A stretch of 64,000 bases of DNA from an uncultured Ignavibacteria bacterium (lineage in GTDB: Bacteria > Zixibacteria > MSB-5A5 > CAIYYT01). Numbering within the stretch: the first letter of the stretch is position 1; each line of letters opens with the position of its first letter. Both the position numbers and the translations under genes were made by a program. Shown here in pieces: positions 55,993 through 64,000 of this stretch. Location: assembly GCA_964617645.1 (NCBI GenBank), contig CAZTYE010000002.1, forward strand, positions 374,648 to 438,647. Reading direction: 5' to 3'. The notes below the pieces were generated by a model. That model searched no databases. It was not told the origin of the DNA and saw only the letters and a program-made list of their open reading frames with translations.

Positions 55993-56114
55993 TCGCGGGC
56001 GCATCGTCCCGCAAAGCGCAGGTCCTTCGGCCATGTGCTCCCACGCGCCACACTGCCCGTCGCGCAGGGGCGCTTCGCGCCGTGCCTTGCCCTTGTCATC
56101 CGTGCCCCACCGGA

Positions 56115-56246
56115 AGGGACAGTTGAAAAAGCCCTATAGGCTGTCACCCTGAACGAAGTGAAGGGTCTGTTTTCCTTCTGGCACAACGGCAAACAGATTC
56201 TTCGCTGCGCTCAGAATGACATGAATCCGGTTTTTCAACAGTCCCG
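56115..56246. repeat. ~135-bp imperfect-hairpin element, copy d.
   Basis: gacagttgaaaaagccctataggctgtcaccctgaacgaagtgaagggtctgtt...aacagattcttcgctgcgctcagaatgacatgaatccggtttttcaacagtcc. Convergent intergenic region between the OM cytochrome and the CoA-binding gene. Confidence 0.75.
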
Positions 56247-56713
56247 GAACGGTGGGATTCCCCCTCTCCCTGTCAGGGAGAGGGGCAGGGGTGAGGGTCA
56301 TTTTCCTCCCCCAACCCCGTAAACTCGTAGCATTCCACTACAATTTTCCCCCATCGGACCCTTAGTAGAGGCACGATTGTAATCGCGGATGATTTCACCC
56401 GCCGATCTCGCCCTCGTACCTGACGTGTTCTTTGGCGGCCGCCATTGTCGTAAAAACGCGAACCGCGGCAGGACAAGGCGTCGAGATCAAATCCAAACTC
56501 CGGTGGCTTGCGACGCCGGTAACCGGATGCGAGAAGATCAACCGCAGTGCAATCGCTTCAGAACCGTCGTTCGGGATTTCCGGAAACGTGACGCTCACAC
56601 TGGGCGCGGCGCAACGTGAAAGTCCGATCAGGCACCTGATTAGCTCGAGCTATGCCCTATTTTTTGCGAAAGGACAAACTTAGCGAGAAACACGAGACTC
56701 AAAGAACCGACAC

Positions 56714-57178
56714 TTACTTCGGAACTCTCCCCGTAATCTTGGCGAACCACCAATGCAGATTATGCGGAAAACCCGGATTCGGGAGAAACATGAACGGACA
56801 GTGTCCTTCAATCACGTCGATATGATGTTCGCGGCAGTAGGCGACAGCGTTCGGGCTTACCGCGCCGGCTCCCACCGCGCGATACAGCCAGACACTCTTG
56901 ATTCCGGCCGCGTGACATTCGCGGACGATGTCTTCCGTGACTTCCGGCTTCGTCATGATCAGCGCTCCGGTGACGGGCGGAGTGATCTCTTTGACCGAGG
57001 CGAAACAATGCCGCTCGTCGATCAACGACACCATCGGATTGACCGGAACGACGTCATAGCCGCGCTTCCACAATTCGTGCATTAGCGAGCGCGAAAAATC
57101 CTTCGGTTCGCGCGCCACACCGATCATCGCGACGCGCTTTTGCGACAGGAACGATTCGATTTGTGATCGCTGGGTCAT
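56714..57178 (-). CDS. CoA-binding domain protein (YccU-like).
   Basis: Start at MTQRSQIESFLSQKRVAMIGVAREPKDFSRSLMHELWKRGYDVVPVNP (CoA_binding_2 signature). Confidence 0.6.
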   Translation of the reverse strand: MTQRSQIESFLSQKRVAMIGVAREPKDFSRSLMHELWKRGYDVVPVNPMVSLIDERHCFASVKEITPPVTGALIMTKPEVTEDIVRECHAAGIKSVWLYRAVGAGAVSPNAVAYCREHHIDVIEGHCPFMFLPNPGFPHNLHWWFAKITGRVPK

Positions 57179-57317
57179 AACTTCCTCCCGGCAGAACCAT
57201 CGGTCGGACAACTCTTCCATCCGAAGCTAAATACTTGATCGACTAATCTGTCAAGGAATAGTTTCGCCGTCCAAAACGCATTGCCCAATCACTTCGACTG
57301 CAATAAGTTCGCCAGCG

Positions 57318-58379
57318 ATGAGCGGCCTGCGAATCTATCAAATCGGCGCCGTGCCGCCGCCCTTTGGCGGCGTGGCGGTGCACGTGCAGCGCTTGCACGA
57401 ACGCTTGCTGCGCGACGGCTTCGACGCGCGGGTGCTCGATATTTCCGGAGTGCCGAAAACTCTTCACGGTGTTCGGAACATCTCCTTCAAGATCGCCGCG
57501 TTAAAGTTGTTTCTTGCCCGGCGCAGTCTCCTGCACTTTCACAATTTCTCGATTGCGGCGGCGCGAGCTTTTCATTGGCTCGCCAAACGGCATGAGACAG
57601 TTCTTTCATTCCACAATGAGCGATTCGGCGCCGAGATTGCTGCCGCTGCGAAATCCGATCGTTGCCGCGTCATTGCCGCACTGCGCTGCATGAAGTTCAT
57701 TGTTGTCGATGGCGAACACACCAAAGCGCAATTGGCTGCTCTCATCGGTGATTCGGATATTGTCAAAGTGATTCCGGAATTCATCCCGGCGACGTCGGAA
57801 CCGGACCCGGCCAAGACATTGCCTACGGAAATCAACGCGATCCGCGATCGCTATCGCTTCCTGCTGGCCACCAGCGCGTCGGATCTGGTGGTCGAACGCG
57901 GTCAGGATCGCTACGGCATCGATATCCTGATTCAGGCCGTCGCGCAGCTTCGCAAACTCGCCGTTGACGTTTGCGCGATCATAGTCGTCCCCAATTTGCG
58001 CAACGAAGCGCACCTCCGGGCACTGCAAGAGTTGGCCGCGTCGCTGCAAGTTTCGCAGTTTGTCTTTCTCGTTCGCGAACCGGTCGCCAGAATCGAACCG
58101 CTGTGGCAAATCGCCGATCTCGTCGTCCGCGCTACCAACACGGATGGCAATGCCCTGACGATCTGGGAGGCGCTGGCTTGCGGCACGCCGGTGATTGCGT
58201 CAGATTGCGTTCCCCGCCCGGCGGGAGTGATCCTCTTCCGCAATCGCGATATCGACGACTTGACCGAAAGAATCGCCGTAGCGCTGCGTAACATTCAAGC
58301 GGAGCGCATGAAAGTACGAAACTTGGCCATTCCCGATCACGCAGCGGAGATCATCGCCTTGTATCGATCCCTGATGTGA
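57318..58379 (+). CDS. Glycosyltransferase, GT4-like (family 1 fold).
   Basis: 353 aa. C-terminal EALACGTPVIASD motif typical of GT4 retaining glycosyltransferases. Confidence 0.65.
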   Translation: MSGLRIYQIGAVPPPFGGVAVHVQRLHERLLRDGFDARVLDISGVPKTLHGVRNISFKIAALKLFLARRSLLHFHNFSIAAARAFHWLAKRHETVLSFHNERFGAEIAAAAKSDRCRVIAALRCMKFIVVDGEHTKAQLAALIGDSDIVKVIPEFIPATSEPDPAKTLPTEINAIRDRYRFLLATSASDLVVERGQDRYGIDILIQAVAQLRKLAVDVCAIIVVPNLRNEAHLRALQELAASLQVSQFVFLVREPVARIEPLWQIADLVVRATNTDGNALTIWEALACGTPVIASDCVPRPAGVILFRNRDIDDLTERIAVALRNIQAERMKVRNLAIPDHAAEIIALYRSLM

Positions 58380-58412
58380 AGTTCATGACTTGGCGGGAAT
58401 TGCGGATCGCGT

Positions 58413-59120
58413 TTGAGCGCGCTACTATTCGACGAAATCGGAAGTGACGGCTCGACTAATATGGCAATCACCTGGCGGAAACTCTGGCGCTTCGCCTGTG
58501 ACAAATCTTGGCGCGCCTGCCTGCGCGTCGTCTATATCTTCAGCCCGGCGCAGTATTGGAACCTGCGCGGGCGCGAAATCCATGCGACATGGTTCGACGA
58601 TCATGCCGACTATCGAATCATGAAATCGACTATCGAACACGTCGGCGCCCGATCTTGCCTCGAGATCGGTTGTAACGGCGGACGCTTCTCTCGCTTCCTG
58701 ATCAGGGATCTCGATCACTTGGAGTGTCAGGACATTTCACAGCGTGCGCTCAAGCTCTGTGCCGCCAACTTGCCGCCGGAGTTCACAGCCCGCGCGACTC
58801 TTCGGCGCGGCGGCCTGATCGAACTCTACGGCCGGCAGACCCATCCGCAGTACGACCTCGTAATCAGTAATCGCGTCCTGTCGGCCATTCCGCCCAAGGC
58901 TATCGCCGCCAATCTTGCGGCGCTGGCCAATGTAAGTCGCGCCCTGCTGATCAACGAGATCTTGCCCGGTGAGCCGGGCGCAACCTATTACTGGTTTGCG
59001 CACGACTATGACGCCCTGCTTGCGCCCCTCAATTTTCGTATGACTGACGAGATCGTCTCCAATTCCGCGCCCTTTATCCAGCGATTTCGACTTTACGAAC
59101 GCTTTGGAAAGTCGCTGTGA
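58413..59120 (+). CDS. Class I SAM-dependent methyltransferase.
   Basis: Motif I CLEIGCNGGRFSRFL. Post-I acidic residue LECQDIS. Start uncertain; an internal Met lies at 58461. Confidence 0.55.
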   Translation: MSALLFDEIGSDGSTNMAITWRKLWRFACDKSWRACLRVVYIFSPAQYWNLRGREIHATWFDDHADYRIMKSTIEHVGARSCLEIGCNGGRFSRFLIRDLDHLECQDISQRALKLCAANLPPEFTARATLRRGGLIELYGRQTHPQYDLVISNRVLSAIPPKAIAANLAALANVSRALLINEILPGEPGATYYWFAHDYDALLAPLNFRMTDEIVSNSAPFIQRFRLYERFGKSL

Positions 59121-60394
59121 GCATCCTGCCGGAAATTCGCGGCTGGATTCGTGACGCCGCCACCAAGGGATTTTTCCATCTCTATGCCGCCAATTTGCTG
59201 GTGAATTTCATCGCCTTTGGCGCGCAATTGTTGGTGGTCAGATTCCTCAGCCCGGAAGAAATCGGCCACCTCAAGACGATTCAGTCCTTCATCGGTCTGG
59301 CCGCAATCGTGGCGGGATGCGGAATCAACACGGCGATTCTCAAACTTTGCGCCGAACCGCGTCCTGAATCGGAGAAGGCCGGTCTGCTGCGCTACTCTTT
59401 GCTGACGTCAATTGTTCCTGTAACCGCGACCCTGGTGATTCTCGTTGCCGCCTCAGGCTACGGTTGGTTTTCACCGATTGCCGCTGTCAACCGGTGGTTG
59501 CCGTACTATGCGCTTGTCATCCCCGGAACGATCGCGACCGCGATTGTGACCGCCTATCTGCAGGCCCACCGCGAAATCAAATTGATGGCCGCTATTCAGA
59601 GTTTGAGTCGCCTGGCCGTCGCTCTGGCGTTGGTTGCTCTCACCGCGAAATTCCTGGTTCCCGGCTATATCGCTGCCGTCATCGGCGTCACCACTCTGGC
59701 GGCGCTGCCGTTGCTTTGGCTGGTACGCCGCCAACTTCTCGATTCGCGCCGCGTCGAGATCCCCAAAGAGCCGCTGACTTCGCTGGCATTGTACAGTCTG
59801 GCCGCAAACCTGACCGGAGCCTTGATCGGCTATCTTGATATCCTGTTGCTTAACTACCTCGCCGCCGACCGCGTCAGCCTTGGATACTATTCCATTGCGA
59901 CGATTTTCATCCTCGGCCTCAGCCAGATCACTTCGACGATCCAGACGATTGCAACACCGTATTTCTCGCAATACTCATCTGACGCTGAAAATTTTCGGCG
60001 CGTTTTCTGGCGCTATCAAAGCCGCCTGATAATCTTGTCAGTCGTCGTCGCCGTGACCGCAATACTTCTCGTGCCGCCGTTGATCGTTTGGCTGTACGGC
60101 GAGTCTTACGCTCCGGCCGGCGACTACTTCCGCATTCTCGCCCTGCGCTACCTCATCTGGAGCAGCTACGCTCTGATTGGTGTTGCCTTGTTGGGTTTGG
60201 GTCTGGTGCGCTACAGTCTTTATGCAGTGCTCGTGTCGTTGGTCGCCACGGCGACCGCATCATGGATATTGATTAATGATTACCAGTTCACCGGCGCCGC
60301 CTGGGCGCAAGTTATCGGCGCGACGGTAACTCTGGTTACCGTCGCCTTTCTGATGCGCAAAGCCTTGAGAAAGCGCTTCACCGAGTCGCGCTAA
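59117..60394 (+). CDS. Polysaccharide biosynthesis/oligosaccharide flippase (Wzx/MOP superfamily).
   Basis: 425 aa, about 12 TM helices. 4-nt overlap with the methyltransferase gene. Confidence 0.6.
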   Translation: MSILPEIRGWIRDAATKGFFHLYAANLLVNFIAFGAQLLVVRFLSPEEIGHLKTIQSFIGLAAIVAGCGINTAILKLCAEPRPESEKAGLLRYSLLTSIVPVTATLVILVAASGYGWFSPIAAVNRWLPYYALVIPGTIATAIVTAYLQAHREIKLMAAIQSLSRLAVALALVALTAKFLVPGYIAAVIGVTTLAALPLLWLVRRQLLDSRRVEIPKEPLTSLALYSLAANLTGALIGYLDILLLNYLAADRVSLGYYSIATIFILGLSQITSTIQTIATPYFSQYSSDAENFRRVFWRYQSRLIILSVVVAVTAILLVPPLIVWLYGESYAPAGDYFRILALRYLIWSSYALIGVALLGLGLVRYSLYAVLVSLVATATASWILINDYQFTGAAWAQVIGATVTLVTVAFLMRKALRKRFTESR

Positions 60395-60765
60395 CGCGCA
60401 TTGGCGTCGGATTGCATGATCCCATGCACGTTTCCCTCGGTGTCCTTGAAGTACGCGAGCCACCCAACCCCGGGAATCGCCATCTTCGGCACGCAAATCA
60501 CTCCGCCGTGAACCTTGACCTTCTCGATGTACTCATCGATTGCCGGCACTTCGATCGTATTGTAGACCGCTCCGGCCGGGTCGAGCCGCTTCATCATGCC
60601 ACCGTCAATGCCGGGCGACTTCGGATCGCCGGTGGAGATCAGCCAGTATTCCTGCGGGCCATCCCACTTTTGGAAAGTCCAGCCGAAGACATCCCCGAAG
60701 AACTTGCTTGCCCGCTGCAAATCGTCTACGTGAATCTCGAAATGAATGACGCGATTCATCGCCAA
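60391..60765 (-). CDS. VOC (glyoxalase/bleomycin-resistance) family protein.
   Basis: 124 aa. MAMNRVIHFEIHVDDLQRASKFFGDVFGWTF typical VOC N-terminus. Confidence 0.7.
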   Translation of the reverse strand: MAMNRVIHFEIHVDDLQRASKFFGDVFGWTFQKWDGPQEYWLISTGDPKSPGIDGGMMKRLDPAGAVYNTIEVPAIDEYIEKVKVHGGVICVPKMAIPGVGWLAYFKDTEGNVHGIMQSDANAR

Positions 60766-61069
60766 TCCTCCTGTTGAATTATCCTGATTCTCGGTTTCGA
60801 TATCAAAGTAACGGTACGTGATTATGCGCGGCGGTCAATCACATCTTGGCACCGAGCAACCTGCTGTGTCATTCCACAGCGCGATCCTCATCTGTGCGAC
60901 TGCGCATCAATTATAGTCGCAGCGGTTTCATAATTCGACGAAAATGACCGCCGTATGGTTTGATGAATCGCACACTGCCACAGCGACGGAGTTCGTCAAT
61001 AGTTGCAGCGCCCATTGAACTCTTGCATTGTTCTTGCGTACAATTGCCAAACAAATTGCGAGGTTGGCC

Positions 61070-61966
61070 ATGATGAAAAGCCTTTGGATGATACTCGGTC
61101 TCGGCGTAGCTTGTGTGATGATGAGTCCACTCGAAGCCGCAAACCCTTCGGAAGCCGCCCTCTCCATGGTGAAGACCGAGCGCGCTTTCGCGCAGATGGC
61201 GCTGGATTCGGGCATGACACCGGCGTTTTTGCAGTACCTGCACGATGACGCCGTCGTCTTTCGTCCCGGACCAACCAATGGGAAGGCGTGGTACACAGAA
61301 AATCGCTCGGGCAGCAAGGCCGAGCTTCGCTGGCGACCGATTTTTGCCGAAATGTCAAGCTCCGGCGACTTGGGACTGAGCACCGGCCCGTGGGAATATC
61401 GATCACAGCCGGGCGACACCAATGTCTACTTCGGCCATTTCGTCTCGGTCTGGCGTCGGCTGGATGATGGTACGTTTCGCGTGATGATCGATCTTGGCAA
61501 TTCGCACGACAAAGCCGACCTGCCCTCGGACATTGCCTTCGGCAAACTCGCGACGGCCACGGTGAACAGCCCCGGCAGACCGCAGGCGCGCGAGTCGCTG
61601 GTGAATGAACTCATCGCTACCGAGACGCGCTTTTCCGCCAGCGCCGGCAAAGCGATGATCGGCAAAGCTTACGCCGTCTTTGCCGATGACGACATCAGGT
61701 TGTATCGTGATGGAGCACTGCCGTACCTTGGCAAGAAAGCGGCTGGCGCAGTTCTCATGCCGCTGCAAGAGCAAATGACTTCTGAGCCGATGGTCTTCGA
61801 CGTCTCAACCGCCGGCGATCTCGGATACTGTTATGGCTACCAAAAGAGTTGGTCGCCGGCGGATCCCGCTAAGACTTCACGCTCCAGCTATTTGCGCGTC
61901 TACCGCAAACTCCCCGGCGGCGAGTGGAAGATATTTCTCGACATCGTGCTGCCGATCGAAGAGTGA
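61070..61966 (+). CDS. Secreted hypothetical protein.
   Basis: Signal peptide MMKSLWMILGLGVACVMMSPLEAANP. No recognisable catalytic motif. Confidence 0.45.
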   Translation: MMKSLWMILGLGVACVMMSPLEAANPSEAALSMVKTERAFAQMALDSGMTPAFLQYLHDDAVVFRPGPTNGKAWYTENRSGSKAELRWRPIFAEMSSSGDLGLSTGPWEYRSQPGDTNVYFGHFVSVWRRLDDGTFRVMIDLGNSHDKADLPSDIAFGKLATATVNSPGRPQARESLVNELIATETRFSASAGKAMIGKAYAVFADDDIRLYRDGALPYLGKKAAGAVLMPLQEQMTSEPMVFDVSTAGDLGYCYGYQKSWSPADPAKTSRSSYLRVYRKLPGGEWKIFLDIVLPIEE

Positions 61967-62029
61967 GGTATTTGCTTTCTGCGGATGCAAATAGTCGAAT
62001 TTCAACGATTGAGCTCCGCCAATTCGATG

Positions 62030-62058
62030 TTGACTTTCCTGGAGCCGTCACGTAATAT
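62030..62058 (+). promoter_or_regulatory. Sigma-70-type promoter of rpmH.
   Basis: TTGACT (62030..62035), 17-nt spacer, TAATAT (62053..62058). RBS gaggaga 62081..62087; ATG 62091. Confidence 0.5.
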
Positions 62059-62090
62059 GTGCGGCTAAATTTCTGTGACTGAGGAGAACG

Positions 62091-62240
62091 ATGAAGCGAA
62101 CATATCAACCTTCGCGGCGGAAACGGAAAAACGATCATGGTTTCCGCGAGCGGATGTCAACCAAGAACGGCCGCAAAGTTCTGGCGCGTCGCCGCCGCAA
62201 AGGCCGTCACAAACTTACGGTTTCCGACGAGCGACATTAG
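62091..62240 (+). CDS. rpmH: 50S ribosomal protein L34.
   Basis: Not in the ORF track (49 aa). Manual translation [49 protein letters not shown] matches the L34 consensus MKRTFQPS..R.R.HGFR.RM.T..GR.VL..RR.KGR..L. Confidence 0.9.
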   Translation: MKRTYQPSRRKRKNDHGFRERMSTKNGRKVLARRRRKGRHKLTVSDERH

Positions 62241-62259
62241 TTTTGGCCGCAATTGCCGT

Positions 62260-62565
62260 TTGGCGGATGACGCGCTCATTCGCCGGACGTTGCGCTATGG
62301 CAGCAAACGCGAAAGCGATAATCTTCGCCTGCAGATCCTCCCGACACCGGAATCGGAGTGTCGCTGGTGTCTTCGTGTTCCCAAACAACTGGGCAACTCC
62401 GTGGCCCGCAACCGCCTGCGCCGCCTGATGCGCGAGTTCCTGCGCCATCATCGGCGGCTCTGGCCGCAGAATTCTGCCGCCGTTCTCACGGCTAAGCCGG
62501 GGGCAAAGTTAATTGCCCCGGACGAATTGGCGCATGAACTGGGGACATTGTTAAGCAATGAATAA
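62260..62565 (+). CDS. rnpA: RNase P protein component.
   Basis: In frame with track ORF 62137..62565. Must start after the rpmH stop; the first candidate start is TTG at 62260. RnpA motif [23 protein letters not shown]. Confidence 0.6.
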   Translation: MADDALIRRTLRYGSKRESDNLRLQILPTPESECRWCLRVPKQLGNSVARNRLRRLMREFLRHHRRLWPQNSAAVLTAKPGAKLIAPDELAHELGTLLSNE

Positions 62566-62779
62566 CTTGATGGGGAAGGCGTGCGAGGTAATCGTACGAG
62601 GATATCAGCTTCTCATCTCGCCGCTACTGCCTAAGGTGTGTCGCTTCTATCCTTCGTGCTCACAGTATAGCCGTGAAGCTCTCGTGAAATATGGATTTTT
62701 CAAAGGCTCGGGGATGGCGATTCGCCGAATCGGCAAGTGTCATCCACTTCATCCGGGCGGGTATGATCCCGTGGAATAG
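62558..62779 (+). CDS. yidD: Membrane protein insertion efficiency factor.
   Basis: 73 aa. [30 protein letters not shown]...GKCHP conserved YidD Cys pattern. Confidence 0.85.
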   Translation: MNNLMGKACEVIVRGYQLLISPLLPKVCRFYPSCSQYSREALVKYGFFKGSGMAIRRIGKCHPLHPGGYDPVE

Positions 62780-62785
62780 GATTCT

Positions 62786-64000
62786 ATGTTCGACCGCAAC
62801 ACCGTTATCGCACTCATTCTGATCTTCGTCATTTTCCTTGGTTGGTCGTGGTACATGCAACTGACGGCCCCGCCACAGCCAGTTAATCAGACTGCGGCTG
62901 ACTCAATCCAAGTCAAACAAGACACGATCTCGAAGCCGGTGGTTCCTGTAGCAAGCACTCAGCAATCTGCCACAATGGCTGTTGACACTGGCGTTGTGGC
63001 AGTTGATACGATTCCGGTTCGTGAAATCTCGATCAAGACCAGGCGCTACAGAATGACCCTGACTAACCGGGGCGGCGGGATTTCCCGACTTGAATTCACG
63101 CAGTACAAGCACGGCAGCACCGGCATGGTTGAGATGGTTTCACCGGGTGGGGATGCGGTTCCGACCGTTATGTCCACAATCTCGGGATTCACCGACAAGG
63201 AGATTGTTTTCTCAAGCGACGATAGCGACTTCGAGCTTAGTGACAATGATGCGCCGCGCACAGTTTCTTTCAAGGCTACTATTGCCGGTCGGGGGGAGAT
63301 TACCAAGAGCTACACGTTTTATCCCGACAGGTACGATTTCGATCTTAAACTGACCATCAACGGCGCTCCGCAATTGGGGTTGGACAAAGAGTACGTGCTG
63401 GCTTGGATCCCCGGCATTCGCTCATCGGAAGCCAATCTTAACGACGACTATAGCAATTTCATGGGCGGCGCGCACATGGCCGACGAGATGTACAAGATCA
63501 ATGATTTCAGCGACGGCAAATTGAGTCAGGATCTGTCCGGTCAGGCCCGCTGGGTTGGCGCGCGCTCGAAGTACTTCATGTATGCTTTTATCCCCGGCGA
63601 TCATGAGAACAACGGCGGCTATTTCCGCGGCACCGAAAAGTCGCGCGTCGGACCTTCCGGCAACTACACACAGCGGGAAATCTCGACCGGCATCATCATG
63701 GCGTCGGGTGCGAATCAGTCGGTAAGTCATGGATTTAAGGTGTTCGTCGGACCGCTCGATTACAATTTGTTGAAGGGGTACAACGTCGGACTTCAGGATT
63801 TTATCTCCTGGGGCTGGAAGATCATTCATCCGTTCTCGATTGCGATCTACTGGGTCACGCACCAACTGGGGCGTCTGATACCGAATTACGGCATTGTGAT
63901 CATCATCATGGCGTTGCTGATCAAGGTGGTCACCTTCCCGCTGACGCGCAAGTCGCTAAAGTCGATGAACGCGATGCGGCGGCTGGCGCCGAAGATGGAC
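62786..64000 (+). CDS. yidC: Membrane protein insertase YidC (partial, continues beyond window end).
   Basis: Not in the track (no stop in window). ATG 62786; MFDRNTVIALILIFVIFLGWSWYM N-terminal TM, large periplasmic domain, then ...IAIYWVTHQLGRLIPNYGIVIIIMALLIKVVTFPLTRKSLKSMNAMRRLAPKM (YidC core). Confidence 0.8.
   Translation, partial: MFDRNTVIALILIFVIFLGWSWYMQLTAPPQPVNQTAADSIQVKQDTISKPVVPVASTQQSATMAVDTGVVAVDTIPVREISIKTRRYRMTLTNRGGGISRLEFTQYKHGSTGMVEMVSPGGDAVPTVMSTISGFTDKEIVFSSDDSDFELSDNDAPRTVSFKATIAGRGEITKSYTFYPDRYDFDLKLTINGAPQLGLDKEYVLAWIPGIRSSEANLNDDYSNFMGGAHMADEMYKINDFSDGKLSQDLSGQARWVGARSKYFMYAFIPGDHENNGGYFRGTEKSRVGPSGNYTQREISTGIIMASGANQSVSHGFKVFVGPLDYNLLKGYNVGLQDFISWGWKIIHPFSIAIYWVTHQLGRLIPNYGIVIIIMALLIKVVTFPLTRKSLKSMNAMRRLAPKMD

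Noticed and set aside
62075-62428. Track ORF 62075..62428(+) of 117 aa spanning the rpmH/rnpA region.
   Set aside because: It is the wrong frame. The true genes are rpmH (62091..62240, frame gives a perfect L34 sequence) and rnpA (frame of 62137..62565).

Overview
This is a 64 kb, high-GC bacterial chromosomal segment that is densely coding, with most genes on the minus strand until about 26.5 kb. One subtilisin carries a T9SS-type C-terminal sorting domain (LRQNYPNPFNLST...K), and promoters resemble sigma-70 (TTGACT-N17-TAATAT upstream of rpmH). Together these suggest a non-Bacteroidetes member of the FCB superphylum, but no taxon can be assigned from sequence alone.

Gene content:
- 1-6348: a tandemly duplicated, translationally coupled four-gene membrane cassette (A-B-C-D then A'-B'-C'; the second C' copy runs off the window start and is absent from the ORF track). 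Its function is unknown.
- 6.6-10.4 kb: an S8 peptidase with a T9SS tail and a TolB-like lipoprotein.
- 10.5-22 kb: a central-metabolism block on the minus strand: mdh, a LarA-family racemase-like gene, ndk, korCBAD (2-oxoacid:ferredoxin oxidoreductase), sucDC, a CCA-adding enzyme, carbamate kinase and a P-loop protein.
- 22.4-26.3 kb: an aldehyde dehydrogenase and two overlapping lipoprotein genes.
- 26.5-39.4 kb: gcvT, comB-like, TPR and vWA (BatA-like) membrane proteins, an ABC-F ATPase, a flavoprotein, an M1 aminopeptidase with C-terminal dockerin-like repeats, and a TPR lipoprotein.
- 39.7-48.7 kb: mscL, nadE, ridA, a vWA protein, ybaB and dnaX.
- 49.7-55.3 kb: a complete porin-cytochrome extracellular-electron-transfer module. 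It comprises an inner-membrane ImcH-like 7-heme cytochrome, a periplasmic decaheme (MtrA-like), a beta-barrel porin (MtrB-like) and an outer-membrane hexaheme lipoprotein. It is preceded by two CRP-consensus sites and flanked on both sides by about 1 kb repeat-rich non-coding islands.
- 56.7-64 kb: a CoA-binding protein, a glycosyltransferase/methyltransferase/flippase trio, a VOC protein, and rpmH-rnpA-yidD-yidC (the last partial).

Repeats: the two islands contain 32-bp head-to-tail tandem arrays, which are not CRISPR. They also carry a roughly 135-bp imperfect-hairpin element in four copies (39.5, 49.0, 49.3 and 56.1 kb), plus further short palindromic direct repeats, one family shared with the ndk/larA-like intergenic region at 12.8 kb. 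No rRNA or tRNA gene was recognised by eye.
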